This document shows positions 61,791 to 64,000 of a stretch of 64,000 nt of DNA, piece after piece. Source of the stretch: Lama glama (lineage: Eukaryota); NCBI GenBank assembly GCA_028534125.1, contig CM052818.1:3906001-3970000 (forward strand), given 5' to 3'. The position numbers were made by a program, and so were the translations under genes. A model generated the notes under the pieces. That model worked only from the letters and a program-made list of their open reading frames with translations, was not told where the DNA came from and ran no database searches. How positions within the stretch are numbered: position 1 is the first letter of the stretch; each line of letters opens with the position of its first letter.

Positions 61791-63569
61791 GAAAAACTTG
61801 TTGAGGATGAGTAGCAAATGCTGAACCACACAGTTCATGAGGAGGGATTCTGAACCTATTTAGGGCAACACTAACTCTAAGGCTCAAGTCCCCACCTGGA
61901 GGCCAGTGGGCTAAGAGATGATGGATAGGTCTGATGTTGATCAACAGTGGGTTTTTTTTTGGTAGGACCACAGAAGATCTGTTGGTGTTGGTTCTCTAGC
62001 TTCGGATGAGAACTCTATCATTGATTCTGAAGTTTGCCTTGCTGGCTTCATCCAGGAAAGAACATTTCTGTGTTGTCTCTACTACAACGGCAGTACCCAG
62101 ACTTGGTATAGGACAGTGTACGGTACACAAAGACACAGAGGATATAGTTTTTTTCTAAAATTTTTGAAAGAACTCAGCATGCTTTATATATAAAATCAAA
62201 CACCGGTATATTATGAAATAAGGTACAAATGCACGTGCATTTTTAAAATGAAAGGATGTTGGAAAATTTCTTGCTTTCAGTGAGCCTCTGCAAACTCTGC
62301 CCTAGGATCTATGGATATGCCTTTATTTTTTACTACTAACAGGGGTCCTCCAGAGGGAGAGTGTGGGAAGCAATGGACCACACTACTCTCACAAATCAGC
62401 CTGTTCCCAGGTCTACTGAATTAACCAACCTTGAGACTCGATACGAGAAACCCTTAGATAAACTTCCTCTAGAGACACTGCCTGAGTGAGCCTGTCTGCA
62501 GGCAGTCTCGCTAGAACATTAGACAAAGGAAAGAATAACTTTTGCCTGGCTTCATGCTGAAGCAGTATTTTCTACCCATATCCCTCTACATAGGGATAGA
62601 CCAGTCAAAGGTTAAAAACTTCAGAGGAGGATGCGAGTCAGGGAGAGCTGGGGACTCACTTTTTGAATTATTCTTGGATATGCTGTGATGATTTGAGTGG
62701 GTGTCTCCAAGGGATTTGGGGTGATTCCTTAGCTGTTTGTTAAAACCCCAACAACCACCACAATAGCAGCAACACTATTTACTTTGTGTCTGGAATTGCT
62801 AGTCCTGCCAACAGTTCTGTGACGTAGGGACTGTCATTATATTCACATGACAGCTGAAGAAACAGGCACAGAGCGGTACGGACCTTTCCAATGGACTCAG
62901 ACCCCGTGATATTATCTTTCAGTCAACAGGACAAGAGAATAAACCAACACTCCCCTCTCTTTCTCTTAATCTTTGCCATCAATTCTTCTTGTATCTAAAT
63001 GAATAGCACTTTAAGATGGAACGAATCCAGGCGCTTTCAAGCACAAAGTATCTAAGACTCTGTCTCTCTCTTGTTATTTTTAAATTTAGAAAAAGAAAAA
63101 GCGTTTAGAACTATGTCTCTTGGTAATGATAGCCTGTAATCATTATGCTCCAGGAATCAAGCGATGTGTTCAGAATATGTCATTTTCCCCTGTGATACTA
63201 ATAGCAAAACCACACTCTCGACCAAAGCAGAGGATGACCGAGAGGGTTAGAGCAGTGTGGTCTCTTGGTTTCTGCTTAGCAGTCTGAGCCAAGCATTCTT
63301 GGCTTTCACTCCAACTCCTTAAGCAATAAGCAAGACGCTCAGCCCCTTCACCGCATCTGAAAATGCTGATCCTACCTCTGTGCCTCTTTGTGAAGAGTAT
63401 TTCCAAGCTGATGCTGTTAAAAGGCCATGAAGATAAAGTGCGTAAAGGGCACATGCTTTCAGGGAACTGCTTTCTGAAAGAAGTCAGAGGGTTTGGGGTG
63501 GTGAATTGCGTATGCTCTAAGTCTGTTTTCATCTAAACCTGTATATAATAGTAAAATTGTGGGCAACCC

Positions 63570-63700
63570 TATAGTATAGTGATTAAGAGTATGGACATTG
63601 GGGCCATGATGCCGGGCCTCAAATCCAGGTCCCTACACTTTCGTGACAAAGTGGCTTGAGTCTTCTCTGACTCCGTATGACCATCTATAGAAAACATATA
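63570..63700 (+). mobile_element. MIR remnant
   Basis: atagtatagtgattaagagtatggac...ctcaaatccagg. Confidence 0.5.
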
Positions 63701-64000
63701 ATAAATATAATTCCCATAGCAACCTTACAAGGTAGGTATTATCGTTTTCTCTTATTATAGCAGAAAAACAGTATTCTAGGTTATTGGAACATGATAAACC
63801 ATTAATAAAAGAGTATATATAAACACATACAAACGTGTATGTATTTATGCATTTGCACATAAACATAGTGGTTGCTACCGTTTAAGTAATCCACAGATAA
63901 GAAACGAGACAGTGGCATGCATACAGATGCAGTGAATTAGGTGGGCTATGTAATGCACTAGGAAAATAAAAAAGCTGGATTTAAAAATTCTAATTTTGTG

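Overview
Mammalian genomic DNA, most likely a camelid (camel/alpaca/llama), judged from seven copies of a tRNA-Ala-derived Vic-1-type SINE. The whole window lies inside one minus-strand gene, ANTXR1 (TEM8, anthrax toxin receptor 1). Eight internal coding exons are present (human exons 4-11 by recalled numbering, about residues 99-291: most of the vWA/I-domain and the start of the Ig-like domain). All have AG/GT splice sites and join into one open frame. The rest is intron filled with L1, L2, MIR, L3/CR1, DNA-transposon fossils (MER2, MER3, MER20, MER5, MER103), a MER41-like solo LTR and two assembly gaps. The most notable non-obvious items are: a diverged syntenic homologue of the primate-annotated MIR3126 hairpin just downstream of exon 10; a 3'-truncated 7SK retro-pseudogene; two short internal L1 fragments flanked by direct repeats (apparent non-canonical insertions); an intronic CpG-island-like region upstream of exon 11; and strong exon-to-exon GC3 differences. 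I found no evidence for a wholly new multi-component biological system. Almost all listed ORFs are chance or repeat-derived. Comparisons to human sequences and repeat consensus are from memory, not from database searches.
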